A stretch of 64,000 nucleotides of DNA from Thermoplasmatales archaeon (GCA_027310185.1 DAIDBH010000014.1:128001-192000); one strand, 5' to 3'; counted from the stretch's first letter, positions 9,411 to 21,821 are shown. Program-made: numbers and translations. The notes: generated by a model from the sequence alone, not told the origin.

Positions 9411-11654
9411 ATGTCAGGTTCTAATACAGAAGGAATCACCTTAAGGGTTGCAGAGGCTAATTCTACGGATCCTGGAATGTCCAGAGTAAGACTGGACGAG
9501 GACTCAAGATTCCAGTTAAATGTGGAAATTGGGGATGTAGTAGAGATTGAAAAGTCCAAGAGGACTGTCGGAAGAGTGTTCAGAGCAAGACCTGAAGATG
9601 AAAACAAGATGATTGTGAGGATAGACAGTGTAATGAGAAATAACTGTGGTGCCTCAATCGGTGATAAGGTAAAAGTCAAAAAAGTAAAGACGGATATAGC
9701 TACAAGAGTTGTTCTTGCACCAATTATAAGAAAGGAACAGAGACTGAAATTTGGTGAAGGAATCGATGATTTTGTTCAGAGAGCCCTCATAAGAAGGCCA
9801 ATGATAGAACAGGATAATATAAGTGTTCCAGGCCTTACACTTGCTGGACATTCTGGCCTGTTATTCAAGGTTGTTAAGACAGTCCCTCCAAAGGTTCCAA
9901 TAGAAATTGGGGAAACTACCAAGATTGAAATAAGAGAGGAACCTGCGTCTGAAGTACTTGAGGATGTTTCAAGAATAAGTTATGAAGATATTGGTGGATT
10001 ATCAGACCAGCTTGGGAAAGTCAGAGAAATAATAGAATTACCACTCAAGCATCCTGAGCTATTTGAAAGGCTCGGCATAAGACCTCCGAAAGGAGTGCTG
10101 CTGTTCGGACCTCCTGGAACAGGAAAGACTTTGATTGCAAGGGCAGTTGCAAATGAATCAGGGGCGAATTTCTTCTCAATAAATGGACCGGAGATAATGA
10201 GCAAATACTACGGGCAGAGTGAACAGAAGCTTCGTGAAATATTTACAAATGCAGAGGAGAAGGAACCTTCCATAATCTTCATAGATGAAATCGACTCCAT
10301 AGCGCCAAAGAGGGAAGAGGTACAGGGTGAGGTGGAAAGAAGGGTTGTTGCCCAGTTGCTGACGCTTATGGATGGCCTGAAGGAAAGGGGACATGTAATC
10401 GTGATAGGAGCAACCAACAGGATAGATGCTGTTGATCCTGCCCTAAGGAGACCTGGAAGATTTGACAGGGAGATAAATATCGGTGTTCCGGACAAGAAGG
10501 GAAGAAAGGAGATCCTCACAATTCACTCGAGGGCAATGCCTCTGAACATGGATGAGGATTCAAAATCAAAATTCCTGGATGAAATTGCAGACATGACCTA
10601 CGGCTTTGTTGGAGCTGATCTTGCGGCACTGGCAAGAGAATCTGCCATGAATGCCCTCAGGAGATATCTTCCAGATATAGATCTTGATAAGCCAATACCA
10701 ACTGATATACTGGAAAGAATGGCGGTAGTTGAGGATGACTTCAGGGAAGCATTGAAACTCATAGAACCCAGCAGTCTTAGGGAAGTTATGGCCGAAATTC
10801 CAGATATTCACTGGGATGATATTGGCGGAATGGAAGATGTGAAGAGAGAATTGAGGGAAAGTGTTGAGCTTCCACTTCTAAAACCGGAAGTTTTCAAGAA
10901 ACTTGGTATCAGGGCACCAAAGGGCTTCCTGCTTTACGGACCACCTGGGGTTGGAAAGACCCTGCTTGCAAAGGCTGTGGCCAACGAGAGTAATGCAAAC
11001 TTCATTTCAGTCAAGGGACCTGAAGTGCTAAGCAAGTGGGTAGGAGAAAGTGAAAAAGCGGTCAGGGAGATATTCAAGAAGGCAAAACAGGTTGCACCCT
11101 CAATTGTTTTTCTTGACGAAATCGATTCCATTGCCCCTAGAAGAGGGGGTGGAGGAGATTCAGGAGTTACAGAAAGAATCGTCAATCAGCTGCTCACCTC
11201 CATGGATGGTGTTGAGGTACTGCAGGGAGTGGTTGTGATTGGCGCAACGAACAGGCCGGATATTCTGGACAGTGCACTCATAAGGGCAGGCAGGTTTGAT
11301 AAGATGATATACATACCTCCACCTGACAAGGAGGCAAGATTGAAGATCCTTCTTGTGCATACAAGGAATATGCCCCTAGATAAGGATATCAATCTACAGA
11401 AGATCGCAGAAGCAACTGAAGGGTATGTTGGTGCTGATCTTGAGAATCTCTGCCGTGAAGCGGGAATGATGGCATACAGGAACGATCCTGAGGCATCTCT
11501 GGTTTCAAACAGTGATTTCACGAAGGCAATGAAGGTCATAAAGCCCTCAGTGGACCAGGAAGTGATCAATTTCTATGAGAACCTGGCTAAGAATATTGGA
11601 AAGAGTGTCAAGGAAAGAAGAAAACAGGTAGAGGAATCCGGACTCTACAATTAA
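9411..11654 (+). CDS. vat: VAT / Cdc48-family AAA+ ATPase
   Basis: N-domain plus two AAA modules ([16 protein letters not shown]), C-terminal GLYN; ATG at 9411 preferred over GTG at 9390. Confidence 0.95.
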   Translation: MSGSNTEGITLRVAEANSTDPGMSRVRLDEDSRFQLNVEIGDVVEIEKSKRTVGRVFRARPEDENKMIVRIDSVMRNNCGASIGDKVKVKKVKTDIATRVVLAPIIRKEQRLKFGEGIDDFVQRALIRRPMIEQDNISVPGLTLAGHSGLLFKVVKTVPPKVPIEIGETTKIEIREEPASEVLEDVSRISYEDIGGLSDQLGKVREIIELPLKHPELFERLGIRPPKGVLLFGPPGTGKTLIARAVANESGANFFSINGPEIMSKYYGQSEQKLREIFTNAEEKEPSIIFIDEIDSIAPKREEVQGEVERRVVAQLLTLMDGLKERGHVIVIGATNRIDAVDPALRRPGRFDREINIGVPDKKGRKEILTIHSRAMPLNMDEDSKSKFLDEIADMTYGFVGADLAALARESAMNALRRYLPDIDLDKPIPTDILERMAVVEDDFREALKLIEPSSLREVMAEIPDIHWDDIGGMEDVKRELRESVELPLLKPEVFKKLGIRAPKGFLLYGPPGVGKTLLAKAVANESNANFISVKGPEVLSKWVGESEKAVREIFKKAKQVAPSIVFLDEIDSIAPRRGGGGDSGVTERIVNQLLTSMDGVEVLQGVVVIGATNRPDILDSALIRAGRFDKMIYIPPPDKEARLKILLVHTRNMPLDKDINLQKIAEATEGYVGADLENLCREAGMMAYRNDPEASLVSNSDFTKAMKVIKPSVDQEVINFYENLAKNIGKSVKERRKQVEESGLYN

Positions 11655-11668
11655 ATTTTTAAGGGTTA

Positions 11669-11941
11669 ATGAATTATATTGCTATGACACTGAAAAGGTT
11701 GAAAAAGGTCTCAGGAAAATCCATAGCGACCAGTGATGGCAGGATAGTTGGAAGAATCGTTGATTTTATAACAGATGAGGGAACAGGAAGCATAATGGAA
11801 ATCCTCGCCGTTCCTGCACCCGGTAAGATTGAGAATCTGAAAAAGGACATGGATGGTAGATACATAATCCCATATTCCATTGTCAGGCCAGGACAGGATT
11901 TTCTTGTTGTGGATGCTGAAAAGCTTAGAAGATTAAAGTGA
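11669..11941 (+). CDS. PRC-barrel domain protein
   Basis: [17 protein letters not shown]...IPYSIV..G.DFLVV. Confidence 0.85.
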   Translation: MNYIAMTLKRLKKVSGKSIATSDGRIVGRIVDFITDEGTGSIMEILAVPAPGKIENLKKDMDGRYIIPYSIVRPGQDFLVVDAEKLRRLK

Positions 11942-13171
11942 AGATGCAGTCGGGGCATACCTGAGGATCCCGGCAACTCCACCGAATGCCTTCTTGAGTG
12001 TACTGCCCTCATCACTTTCATCCCCGATTATTTCCACTGTTGCACCAGACTCTTCAGCCATTTTATATAGTTTTGTTATGTAGTCCTCCTCGTGATCCAT
12101 TTCCATGGGACCTCCACATTTAGGACATGTGTTATCTTCCGGTCTCTGCATGAATTCCTGTTCATAGCCACAGTTTGGACATTTGTAGAAGTACTTGGTC
12201 TTCCTTACACCATCAGATAGTAGGAGGAGATCAAGAGCCTTCCTCTCTAGTGCACTCTGGATCTGTGCTTCACCGTATACTGCCAGACCCTCATCACCCT
12301 TCCTCAGTTCCTTCATGAATCGGTTTACCAGGTCCTTTTCCCTTGTAATCTGAAGATCCTTCATGGATTCTGATGCTTTTTCCACCAGTTCCCTCAACCC
12401 TGATTCATCAGTGTATCCAACATCAAATAGATCAACCACCTTCCTTGTTATATCCTTGAACATATATTCGTTTTCAAAGAAGAAGTTCTTTGTTGAACCG
12501 GGTCCACCAATAAAAATACCTTTCATATCCCTGATTATGGGCATGAAAGTATTGTTGACTATGTCCCCAATCTTCTTGAAGTATTCATTGGCTGCTATCT
12601 CAATTAATCTTTCATATCGTCGCGATGACTGTCCACCCTGATGATGCTTGCTTGGAACGAGAGATTGCTCATTAGTTACGACCTGGATGTTGGTACCATT
12701 TAGGAATCCTATGGTTGCCTCCTTCCTGTCTATCACAATCAGTCCATATACCTCCTTGGCCTTCAACTGTGCCATTAGAGGCTCAGTATAGAACTGGGAA
12801 TCGCACTTATAGATGAATGTCTGTATGGGTTCTGGAGGTTCCACTATCTGGCTGTACATTTCGGTCTGGTCACCTCGCTTCTGAACATGTCCAACGAAGA
12901 ATACAAGACCGGTTTCAGGCGGCTGCTTGAAATATTTTAACTTTGACATTATGGACTCGATTGCACCCAGAACATTCTTTCTTGTTGATTTTGACTTAAT
13001 ATTGCTTGAAGTTGAGTATTCCTCCCTTAGATACTGTACTACATCATATATCATCTTGTCTGGTGGGATGTATAATGATATTAGCTCTGTTCCCCGTCCC
13101 TTTAGACCATCGAGTTCCTCCAGTGCTTTTTTGAATTCATATCTCCTTAACTGCTTTTCATCCGATGGCAT
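11933..13171 (-). CDS. prf1: Peptide chain release factor aRF1
   Basis: NIKS, YKCD and GGQ motifs; zinc-ribbon insertion CPNC/CPKC. Confidence 0.97.
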   Translation of the reverse strand: MPSDEKQLRRYEFKKALEELDGLKGRGTELISLYIPPDKMIYDVVQYLREEYSTSSNIKSKSTRKNVLGAIESIMSKLKYFKQPPETGLVFFVGHVQKRGDQTEMYSQIVEPPEPIQTFIYKCDSQFYTEPLMAQLKAKEVYGLIVIDRKEATIGFLNGTNIQVVTNEQSLVPSKHHQGGQSSRRYERLIEIAANEYFKKIGDIVNNTFMPIIRDMKGIFIGGPGSTKNFFFENEYMFKDITRKVVDLFDVGYTDESGLRELVEKASESMKDLQITREKDLVNRFMKELRKGDEGLAVYGEAQIQSALERKALDLLLLSDGVRKTKYFYKCPNCGYEQEFMQRPEDNTCPKCGGPMEMDHEEDYITKLYKMAEESGATVEIIGDESDEGSTLKKAFGGVAGILRYAPTASSL

Positions 13172-13208
13172 GTATGAGAAAATTTATAATACTATATAAC
13201 TTTGATGA

Positions 13209-13898
13209 ATGAATTTCATGGAATCGTTTGTTGTTTCTGTTGGAGGGTCAATGATTAACCCTTCATCAGTTGATGTTGAATACATCAAGGAATTTTCAAA
13301 AATAATAAAAAGTGTGGATGCACCAAAGATAGGTATTGTTGTTGGAGGAGGTCAGACCGCAAGGACTTATGTTAATTCAATGAAGAATTTCACTGATAAT
13401 GATTTCTTCCTGGATGAGATAGGCATAATGGCTACCAGGCTAAACGCAAAAATAGTTAAATCGTCCATAGGCAAGCTGGAATTAAATATTCCTGAGGACG
13501 TTAACGAGGCAGTGAAACAGCTGCTTATAGAGGACCGCATAGTTATGGGTGGAACTGTTCCAGGACATACAACTGATACAGTTTCAGTACTCCTTGCAGA
13601 GGCTGTCGGGATTAAAAAGGTGTACAACCTTACTTCAGTGGACATGGTTTATGAGGATGATCCAAAGAAGAATCCTCATGCGAAGGCGATTGAAAGAATG
13701 AACTATAAGGAGGCATTCTCAATCTCCCTAAAGAGTTATACGGGGGCCGGAAGTAACCAGTTCATGGATTCTGTTGCACTGCTGATTGCAATGAGGTCTG
13801 GCATAGAAATAGATCTGATGCACGGAAAAGATCTTAATAATTTTAAAAATGCGTTAAAGGGTGAAAAATTCAGGGGAACAAGAATATTGGCTGATTAA
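13209..13898 (+). CDS. pyrH: UMP kinase
   Basis: SVGGS, VVGGGQTAR, MGGTVPGHTTD, DPKKNP. Confidence 0.95.
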   Translation: MNFMESFVVSVGGSMINPSSVDVEYIKEFSKIIKSVDAPKIGIVVGGGQTARTYVNSMKNFTDNDFFLDEIGIMATRLNAKIVKSSIGKLELNIPEDVNEAVKQLLIEDRIVMGGTVPGHTTDTVSVLLAEAVGIKKVYNLTSVDMVYEDDPKKNPHAKAIERMNYKEAFSISLKSYTGAGSNQFMDSVALLIAMRSGIEIDLMHGKDLNNFKNALKGEKFRGTRILAD

Positions 13899-14821
13899 CC
13901 GATCAGCCTGTCAGCAAATGTTTTCTCAGCATCTACTACTGTATACCCATCCGCTGTTGATATTCTCTGCTCTGCAGGAACGATTTCAAGGTAGTTTGGA
14001 ACGTTTTTGCTGATCCTTACAGGGAAGGATTCTATGGCAGTATTCTGGTAGAATATACCTGTAGGAATCCTGTCTCCCCACTCCTGAGCTCTCGCCATTG
14101 ATCTTGCAAATATCTGATCGGCATCCTTCACATTGTCCTTTGTTACAACAGGGTTCCAGTCCTTTTCATCTTCCATCTTATAGACTCTATCCTTGTACCA
14201 CTCCATGGAGTTTATGTTGTTGTAGGTTGGGCATGGCTGAAGAATATCAATTACAGCTGAGCCTGGATGACTCATTGCCTTCTTTATGATTTCCTTCAAC
14301 TGCTTCATGTCAAATGAGAAACCTCTTGCAACGAAGCTGTATCCTGCACTCAATGCAAGTGAGATTGGATTCAATCTTGTGAAAATATTGGGTCTTGAAA
14401 GACTCTTTGTCTTTTCCCCAAGTGGCATGGTTGGTGCCGCCTGTCCCTTAGTCAGTCCGTATACCTCATTGTCATATATCATGATTGTGAGTCCGGTGTT
14501 CCTTCTGCCTTCTGCTACCAGATGGCCTGCTCCGATACCCATTAAATCACCATCACCACCGGTTACAAGCACTTTCAGGTTTGGGTTCGACAGCTTGACA
14601 CCCGTAGCAAATGGAATGGCTCTTCCGTGCAGTGTATGCACTCCACCCACATTGATATAGTGAGGTGTCTTTCCAGAACATCCAATTCCCGATACCATAA
14701 CTACCCCAAGGGGGTCCAAGTTCAATTCTGCCATTGACTGCTGTATGGATGTGAGTATACCGAAGTCACCACATCCCGGGCACCAGTCCACGGTCAGGTC
14801 TGTTTTAAAATTATGCGCCAT
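13895..14821 (-). CDS. 2-oxoacid:ferredoxin oxidoreductase beta subunit
   Basis: WCPGCGDFG, SGIGCS, HTLHGRA, GGDGD, YGLTKGQ, QPCPTYN. Confidence 0.95.
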   Translation of the reverse strand: MAHNFKTDLTVDWCPGCGDFGILTSIQQSMAELNLDPLGVVMVSGIGCSGKTPHYINVGGVHTLHGRAIPFATGVKLSNPNLKVLVTGGDGDLMGIGAGHLVAEGRRNTGLTIMIYDNEVYGLTKGQAAPTMPLGEKTKSLSRPNIFTRLNPISLALSAGYSFVARGFSFDMKQLKEIIKKAMSHPGSAVIDILQPCPTYNNINSMEWYKDRVYKMEDEKDWNPVVTKDNVKDADQIFARSMARAQEWGDRIPTGIFYQNTAIESFPVRISKNVPNYLEIVPAEQRISTADGYTVVDAEKTFADRLIG

Positions 14822-16715
14822 GTTTCAACACCTTCTCAACTTTTGTCTCCTTATTATTAATTATCTCCCTGGAGGCTGATAGAATTTCGTCCTCTGTCAT
14901 ATGCCTCCCATTATATTTCAATATCCTGTTTTCTATCTTTATTCCCGTCTTTGACATTACTACCTCTGCAAGCTGCCCGAGGAAATTGCTTTCCACATCT
15001 ATTATTATCCTTGCTTTTGAAAGTGTGTCCTTAACGAAATTCGTCGGGAATGGGATGAACATTTTTATGTATAGCAGGTTTGCCTTGATTCCCTCTTCTG
15101 CAAGCAGGTCAATGACATCCAGTATAGGTCCTTTCTGGCTTCCCCAGGTAACAAATGTTACGTCTGCGTTCTTGTCTCCATACAGGATTGCCTTATCTTC
15201 AAGCGGAATTTCCGAATCAGCTGTCTGCAGTTTGGTGAAACGTTTCACCATCATCTTGTCTCTCACGTCTGAGTCTTCAGTAACGTGTCCCAGTTCATCG
15301 TGCTCATCGCCGGTCATCCAGAATATATCCTTACCGAATGCACCGAGATTTGAAATTCCATTTTTTGTGTCCAGATTGTATCTCTTGAAATCCAGCCCAT
15401 GCACATCAAATTTCATAGCATTCACCGGTACCTTCTTTCCGTCTATATGTGTGATGAAGTCAGACGTGTTTGCGAGATTCTTGTCTATGAGATGGATAAC
15501 AGGCATCTGGTATCTCTGTGCATAATTCAATGCGTTCATTGAATCGTATATGCATTCTTCCACATCGCCTGATGCAAGTACTATTCTTGGAAATTCACCG
15601 TGACCTGTATTCATTGCAAATAGAAGATCAGACTGTCCGTTCCTTGTTGGAAGACCGGTGCTCGGTCCGCCTCTCTGATACAGTGTTACAACAAGAGGGA
15701 CTTCATCCGTGCCTGCAAATGAGAAACCTTCTGCCATAAGTGAAAAACCAGGTCCACTGGTTGCAGTAGAGGTTCTGGTTCCTGTCAGGGCAGCCCCGAT
15801 GGCCATGGTAATTGCTGCAATTTCATCTTCTGTCTGAACTACAACAATTCCGCCTTCCTTCAGTTTGGTAGCTTCTGTATCTATCCATTTTATGTAGTTG
15901 TGCTCTTCCATTATGGTGCTCTCATCACTTGCTGGTGTAATCGGGTAGTAGGTCTGAAGCCTGAGACCGCCCATCATCTTACCGATGGCGGCTCCATCAT
16001 TTCCAGTCAGCATGAATCTTTTTGGGTGATCAAGATCTGGAAGCGTTTCGCCTGCAAGCTTATTTTCGCTGCAATATTCATATGCTGCCTTTACCACAGC
16101 TATGTTTTCCTCAATTATGCTGTCCTTTCCTGCGAAGACGATTCTAATGCTATCGTTCATATGTTTTATGTTAACTCCAGAAATAGCAAGTGTAAGGGCT
16201 GCTCCAAGTGTGTTGAAGTATCTTGAAGGAACTCCACCTGATATGGCTTTCTGAACAACTGAATTAAATGGTACCGGGATGGGAATTGCTCCTCTAGCTT
16301 TCATCCATGAAATCGCACCAGCGATGGTGTTTGGGAAACTTTCATCTGTCAGAGTCTCCTGGATTTTCTTGGCTGTATCCCTCATTATCATCCTTGCCTG
16401 TGACAGTTCTGCCTTTTCTATTGCATTGTCATATATGATTTTCGTTCCCTGGCCAACATCTTCAAGATGCTCAAATATGCTATCCGGATCAAGAGCAACT
16501 AGAAAATCAATAGGATATTTCAGCGATCGTGGCCTTTCGGCCTTTATTCTTACGTGGGTATAACTGTGCCTTCCCTTGATGTTTGAGTGGTATTCTCTTA
16601 CACCAAAAACATAATAACCTGACTGTGCGAAGGCCCTGCTTATCATATTGGAGGATGTATCTATACCGCCACCCTGAGGGCCACCAACTGTTATGTTGAT
16701 GTCAACTTTTGTCAT
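14811..16715 (-). CDS. 2-oxoacid:ferredoxin oxidoreductase alpha(+gamma) subunit
   Basis: GGPQGGGI, YYPITPAS, EDEIAA, TSGPGFSLM, RGGPSTGLPT. Confidence 0.95.
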   Translation of the reverse strand: MTKVDINITVGGPQGGGIDTSSNMISRAFAQSGYYVFGVREYHSNIKGRHSYTHVRIKAERPRSLKYPIDFLVALDPDSIFEHLEDVGQGTKIIYDNAIEKAELSQARMIMRDTAKKIQETLTDESFPNTIAGAISWMKARGAIPIPVPFNSVVQKAISGGVPSRYFNTLGAALTLAISGVNIKHMNDSIRIVFAGKDSIIEENIAVVKAAYEYCSENKLAGETLPDLDHPKRFMLTGNDGAAIGKMMGGLRLQTYYPITPASDESTIMEEHNYIKWIDTEATKLKEGGIVVVQTEDEIAAITMAIGAALTGTRTSTATSGPGFSLMAEGFSFAGTDEVPLVVTLYQRGGPSTGLPTRNGQSDLLFAMNTGHGEFPRIVLASGDVEECIYDSMNALNYAQRYQMPVIHLIDKNLANTSDFITHIDGKKVPVNAMKFDVHGLDFKRYNLDTKNGISNLGAFGKDIFWMTGDEHDELGHVTEDSDVRDKMMVKRFTKLQTADSEIPLEDKAILYGDKNADVTFVTWGSQKGPILDVIDLLAEEGIKANLLYIKMFIPFPTNFVKDTLSKARIIIDVESNFLGQLAEVVMSKTGIKIENRILKYNGRHMTEDEILSASREIINNKETKVEKVLKHGA

Positions 16716-16837
16716 CTGTATAGGTATCGATTCTTAATTAAAATAGTTAATTAGAGTAGTTAAGAAATATGGTTTTCAGAATTTTTTTTATTTTCCCAGA
16801 TATAATTACCTGATTCATAAATTAATTATTCGTTGAT

Positions 16838-17395
16838 GTGATAGGCTTTTTCATGCTTATTGTTACTGGCATGCCCGGATCAGGGAAGGATGAATTTATA
16901 AAAGTCGCCAAAAGTATGGGTTGGAAGGATTATCATATGGGTGATGTGGTAAGAAGATATGCAGGCATGAATAATATTGGGAACACTGATAAGGAAATTG
17001 GAACGTTTGCAAACAGGGAACGGGAATTGCATGGAAAGGATATCTGGGCTGTTCGCCTCTCAGAAGACATAAAGGATTATAAGAAGGTCATTGTTGATGG
17101 ATTGAGAAATATGGAAGAATTTGATTATTTCAAATCAAGATTTCCTGACCTTGTATTGATCGGTATTCACACCGACAGGGAGGAAAGACTCAAAAGAATT
17201 CAGAAAAGAGGGAGACCCGATGATGCAAAGGTTCTTGACCAGCTTGTAAGCAGGGATGACAGGGAGTTATCTTGGGGTATAGGAAATGCCATATCTCTGG
17301 CTGAGTACATGATCGTGAATGATTCTACTCTTGAAGAATTTAAGGAGAATGCAAGAAAGCTTTTAATGCGCATAGAGAGTGAAAGGTATCAATAA
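16838..17395 (+). CDS. UPF0200 / dephospho-CoA kinase-like P-loop kinase
   Basis: VTGMPGSGK, MGDVVR, DGLRN, RGRPDD, RDDREL. Confidence 0.85.
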   Translation: MIGFFMLIVTGMPGSGKDEFIKVAKSMGWKDYHMGDVVRRYAGMNNIGNTDKEIGTFANRERELHGKDIWAVRLSEDIKDYKKVIVDGLRNMEEFDYFKSRFPDLVLIGIHTDREERLKRIQKRGRPDDAKVLDQLVSRDDRELSWGIGNAISLAEYMIVNDSTLEEFKENARKLLMRIESERYQ

Positions 17396-18181
17396 TTATA
17401 TTCTCCTTGCATAGTCAGAAATTGCACCAAAAAATATCTTTCCTACTGGCTCGTTGTTCTCTCTCTTTCCCTTGGTGGAGAGCTGATACCTGTAAAATAT
17501 TCTTTCGGGATGGGGCATCAATCCCAGCACATTATCATAATGACCTGAAAGGCCAGCAATATTATCAGGAGAGCCATTTGGGTTCCATGGATAACCTGAT
17601 ATTTCCCCTTTAGGATCTACGTAAGTAAATATTGCCCTGCCGTTTTCCACATAATCTTTCTCAGTGGATTCTGTCCTGAATCTTATTCTTCCTTCCTTGT
17701 GCGCAACCGGAATCTCGAATACCTGATCACGTGAAATCTTTCCATCAAATATTTTATTCTTCCCGGAGTATTTCACCAACACAGTTCTGCATTCAAATCT
17801 GCCACTTTCATTCACATCCAGGGCAAGTTCCCTCTTCCCTATTTCAGATGATGTAAGACCCATCTCGGATATCACCTGGAACCCGTTGCATGTACCAAGG
17901 ACGGGCTTACCCTGTTCTATCATGCTTTCTATCTTCTTTCCTGCGGCAGTCTTCAGCCTGATGGCAAAAATAACACCTGCCCTCACATAATCTCCTGCTG
18001 AAAATCCTCCGGGGATAAATAATACCTGAAAGTCTTCCAGATCGACCTTGTTTTTTTCTATTTCGTGAATATGTACATAACTTGGATCAAGATTTGATTC
18101 CCTTAATGACCGGAGGGCTTCTGAGTCATTGTTTGTTCCCTCCATCCTCAAAACTGCTGCTTTGGGGAGATTACTGTCCAA
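17396..18181 (-). CDS. purQ: Phosphoribosylformylglycinamidine synthase subunit PurQ
   Basis: GTNND, PGGFSAGD, LGTCNGFQ, AHKEG, NPNGS, MPHPER. Confidence 0.95.
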   Translation of the reverse strand: MDSNLPKAAVLRMEGTNNDSEALRSLRESNLDPSYVHIHEIEKNKVDLEDFQVLFIPGGFSAGDYVRAGVIFAIRLKTAAGKKIESMIEQGKPVLGTCNGFQVISEMGLTSSEIGKRELALDVNESGRFECRTVLVKYSGKNKIFDGKISRDQVFEIPVAHKEGRIRFRTESTEKDYVENGRAIFTYVDPKGEISGYPWNPNGSPDNIAGLSGHYDNVLGLMPHPERIFYRYQLSTKGKRENNEPVGKIFFGAISDYARRI

Positions 18182-18185
18182 GTGC

Positions 18186-18335
18186 CTACTGGCCTCCCCT
18201 TCTTTCTTTAGCTTTCATCCTCAGTCCTGTGTATCCACACTTCCTGCATTTTGTAGCTTTTACTGAGTTTCTTGCATCACATCTCATGCAAATTTTCTTG
18301 TTGAGTCTTCTCTCTATTGATTCTGCAAACGGCAT
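18186..18335 (-). CDS. rpl40e: 50S ribosomal protein L40e (49 aa; missed by the ORF track)
   Basis: Manual translation [49 protein letters not shown]. Confidence 0.95.
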   Translation of the reverse strand: MPFAESIERRLNKKICMRCDARNSVKATKCRKCGYTGLRMKAKERRGGQ

Positions 18336-18479
18336 TTTTATAACCTGATATTACCCCTATTGAATTCAACTTATAAACTCTTTGCGAACAGTGTGTTAGT
18401 TTTAGTGTCCCCCATGAGTAAATGGAATGGATACTTCAATCCATTTACCCTGAAGAATGAAGATCCTTTTATGTAGCAC

Positions 18480-20039
18480 CTATATGATCCTTGGAACAAT
18501 TATTTCTATCATCAGCATCAGAAGGATCAGTGTTGTAGTGAGTGAAAGAACTGCTGCTATATTCTTTTCATCGCGGAAGTATTTGAAACGTTCGTGTTTT
18601 GATGCTATCATTAGGGTATCTCTGAGGAATTGAGCACCGTCAAATATTGCAAGTGGCAGGGCGTTTGTTATTGCGAGCAGTATATTTACCCAGAATAGCC
18701 AGTATATTGTGTTCGTTGAAAACCAGAATGCTTCATATCCCAGTGGGACTGAATACAGGTGTGCAAAACTTGATGGCACAGGGGAAAGGCCATCAAACGG
18801 TAATGCAATTGATTCTATAGCTCCGTCAGGTCCTGATGTATACACCGAAGAACCGAAAACAAGAGATTTGTAATAGCTCATGGAAACAAGTCCAAGACCA
18901 CTATAAGTTATTCCAACACCGATGAAACTCTCATTTTTCATGGCGGATGTCAGCAACGCTGGGTCCTCTACCTGGTAGAATGAGTAAGTTGATCTTGTCT
19001 TGAACGATACTGTACTTACTATTCCACTGTGAGTGGAGGTGGTAAAATTTTCAAGCCCTACAGTTATTTCTGTTCCCGGACTTATTTTGTCAAGTATATT
19101 TCCAAGTACTGTTTCATTGTAAACTGTCTTGTTGTCTACAGAAATTATATAGTCACCAAGGCTTATGTTCTTGTAGGCAGGATATCCTTTATAAGTTGAC
19201 ACTACCTGAATTCCGGCGGGTATGGAGTAATTGAAAATTTTATGACCATTGTAAAAAGACGCATTTAACAGCGAACCGGGGGTGACTGAGCATGATGTTG
19301 TCAGATTGATCAGGCCGTTGCCTTTCATGTTGCCAGCGGATATAAGCTCACTTCCTGTGATATTATGAGGTGTTACGGTGTTTCCAGGATATGCTGCATC
19401 AACATATACACCAGGATATGTTTGAACAGCTGCATGAGACATGGCCAGAGACAGAAACAGGAAGCAGATGATTGCAATAACAAAGTTTACCGCAATTCCT
19501 GCAGCAACTATTCTTCTCCTGATTACAGGTGTCGTTTCAGTTATCTCTTTTTCATCGGGTTCAACAAATGCCCCAATCGGGACAACAAAGAGCATTAGGC
19601 CTACTGAATTGACCTTTATTCCGTGCTTTCTTGCAACAATTCCGTGGAACATTTCATGAATTACCAGAGAGATTGCAAAGGCTATGAGTCCATAAACAAT
19701 AGGTATTTCCGGATCTATTCCTGGAAGCGCAAGATATTCGGTAACAGGTATGTTTTCCTTGACCCTTGTTGTCAGTGATAATACTGTGCCCAGAACAAGC
19801 AGAACAATACCCATCCCAAATAATATGTAAACCAGTGGAATTGAAAGTCGTGAAAACAGTTTTGATTTTGAACTTCCCGCTATCTTGTCAAGTATGCCCC
19901 TGTTTTTCTTGACTTTAATGAGCAGTAATATACCACCCATTGTTTGAAAATGCTTACTCTTGTTTATTTTTGGTCGGAGAGCGATCATCGCTATGATCCA
20001 TATCAAAACTATGAGCAACCCTATCTCTAGATACGACAT
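18480..20039 (-). CDS. Site-2 protease (M50) with PDZ-like domain
   Basis: HEMFHG, GAFVEPDE, AAGIAVN, NALPLAIFDG. Confidence 0.92.
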   Translation of the reverse strand: MSYLEIGLLIVLIWIIAMIALRPKINKSKHFQTMGGILLLIKVKKNRGILDKIAGSSKSKLFSRLSIPLVYILFGMGIVLLVLGTVLSLTTRVKENIPVTEYLALPGIDPEIPIVYGLIAFAISLVIHEMFHGIVARKHGIKVNSVGLMLFVVPIGAFVEPDEKEITETTPVIRRRIVAAGIAVNFVIAIICFLFLSLAMSHAAVQTYPGVYVDAAYPGNTVTPHNITGSELISAGNMKGNGLINLTTSCSVTPGSLLNASFYNGHKIFNYSIPAGIQVVSTYKGYPAYKNISLGDYIISVDNKTVYNETVLGNILDKISPGTEITVGLENFTTSTHSGIVSTVSFKTRSTYSFYQVEDPALLTSAMKNESFIGVGITYSGLGLVSMSYYKSLVFGSSVYTSGPDGAIESIALPFDGLSPVPSSFAHLYSVPLGYEAFWFSTNTIYWLFWVNILLAITNALPLAIFDGAQFLRDTLMIASKHERFKYFRDEKNIAAVLSLTTTLILLMLMIEIIVPRII

Positions 20040-20199
20040 ACTTAAACTTCCGTATCCATGATGACAATCATTTCTAAATTACTTTTCCAAAAAGCGGGGT
20101 AAAGTTTTGTATATATTCCAAATTGCTCTTATACTATGGATTATATTTTTCACTAATGAATGTCCGAATTATTTTAATATGTCATTGTCATGAATCTTT

Positions 20200-21357
20200 A
20201 TGAAGGTTACATTGACCCATATTAAGGCAGACATTGGTAGTTTGCCAGGGCATACAACAGTCCATGAGGATGTTTTGAACGAGGTTAAGAGATTTTTAAA
20301 GGAACAGTCGAAGGGTATTATATGGGATCATTTTGTGGGTTATGTTGGAGATGATATCCAGATAACGATGGTTCATGATAATGGAGTTAATGCCTCAGAA
20401 GTTCACAAGCTTGCATGGGATGCATTCAAGTCTGGAACAGAAGTGGCTAAAAAACTTGGGCTTTATGGAGCAGGACAGGATCTTCTAAAGGATTCATTCT
20501 CTGGAAATATCAAAGGCATGGGGCCTGGCATTGCAGAAATGGACATAACGCCCAGAAGAAGTGAGCCATTTATTGTGTATATGATGGATAAAACAGAACC
20601 GGGTGCATTCAATTACCCAATATTCAAGATGTTTGCTGATCCGTTCAATACTCCAGGCCTTGTGATAGATCAGAGCATGCATGAAGGTTTTAAATTTGAG
20701 GTTTGGGACATTCAGGAAGCAAAGGCCATAATGCTTGATGCTCCGGAAGAAATGTACGATATAATATCCCTCATAGGAACAAAGGGCAGATATGTTATAA
20801 AGAGGGTCTACACGAAGAAAGAACATGCAAAGTTACCTGATGAAAATGTTGCGGTTATTACAACTGACAAACTGTCATTCATAGCAGGAGAATACGTTGG
20901 AAAGGATGATCCAGCAGCAATTGTAAGAATCCAATCTGGTTTGCCTGCCTCTGGTGAGGCAATGGAAGCATTTTCACATCCATATCTTGTTTCAGGATGG
21001 ATGAGAGGCTCATTCAATGGTCCCCTAATGCCAGTGGCAATGAAAAATTCCAAGATGACCAGATTTGATGGGCCACCAAGGGTAGTTGCACTTGGTTTTG
21101 TTTATAAGGATAAGAAACTTACTGGCCCCGTCGATATGTTTGATGACCCGGCATATGATAATGCCAGGAAACTCGCTAACGATATTACTGATTATATCAG
21201 GAGAATGGGACCGTTTGAGCCACACAGGCTTCCGGAGGAAGAAATGGAATACACAACACTCCCAAAGGTTATGGAAAAACTCAAGGGAAGATTTGTGCAT
21301 GTTGATGCAATTGAAAAAGGCAAAAGCAAGAATTCCACTGGCAGGGATTCGGATTAA
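20200..21357 (+). CDS. fbp: Fructose-1,6-bisphosphate aldolase/phosphatase
   Basis: [47 protein letters not shown]. Confidence 0.97.
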   Translation: MKVTLTHIKADIGSLPGHTTVHEDVLNEVKRFLKEQSKGIIWDHFVGYVGDDIQITMVHDNGVNASEVHKLAWDAFKSGTEVAKKLGLYGAGQDLLKDSFSGNIKGMGPGIAEMDITPRRSEPFIVYMMDKTEPGAFNYPIFKMFADPFNTPGLVIDQSMHEGFKFEVWDIQEAKAIMLDAPEEMYDIISLIGTKGRYVIKRVYTKKEHAKLPDENVAVITTDKLSFIAGEYVGKDDPAAIVRIQSGLPASGEAMEAFSHPYLVSGWMRGSFNGPLMPVAMKNSKMTRFDGPPRVVALGFVYKDKKLTGPVDMFDDPAYDNARKLANDITDYIRRMGPFEPHRLPEEEMEYTTLPKVMEKLKGRFVHVDAIEKGKSKNSTGRDSD

Positions 21358-21362
21358 TCAAG

Positions 21363-21821
21363 ATGGAAAAGGAAAAACACCCTTCGTGGGATCAGTACTT
21401 CATGAAAATGGCCTATATGGCAGCCTCCAGGGCAAATTGTGTTAGGAGGCAGGTAGGGGCCCTCATAGTGAGGGACAAATCAATTCTTGCTACCGGGTAC
21501 AACGGGCCACCGACCGGTGCTCAGCACTGTGATGTGGTTGGCTGCATAAGGATCGACATGGACATTCCATCAGGTGAAAGACATGAGCTATGCAGGGGGT
21601 TGCATGCTGAACAGAATGCAATAATACAGGCTGCAGTGAATGGTGTCAGCATCAGGGATGGGGTGATATATACTACAACTTTTCCCTGTGTAGTGTGTGC
21701 CAAAATGATAGTCAATGCGAGACTTAAGGAGATAATTTACACTGAAGGCTATCCAGACGAACTTTCAGAGCTTATGCTCCTCGAAAGCGATGTCAAGAAA
21801 AGAAAACTAGAAATGGAATAG
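21363..21821 (+). CDS. dCMP deaminase family protein
   Basis: TGYNG, HAEQNA, PCVVC. Confidence 0.92.
   Translation: MEKEKHPSWDQYFMKMAYMAASRANCVRRQVGALIVRDKSILATGYNGPPTGAQHCDVVGCIRIDMDIPSGERHELCRGLHAEQNAIIQAAVNGVSIRDGVIYTTTFPCVVCAKMIVNARLKEIIYTEGYPDELSELMLLESDVKKRKLEME

Noticed and set aside
9401-11569. Numerous short antisense ORFs over vat, the oxidoreductase genes, fusA, tuf and others
   Set aside because: They are shadow frames of well-supported genes.
11933-13171. Zinc-ribbon insertion in aRF1 (and, separately, the fused ABC permease at 1687-3399) as novelties
   Set aside because: Both are known features in euryarchaeal or Thermoplasmatales homologs.
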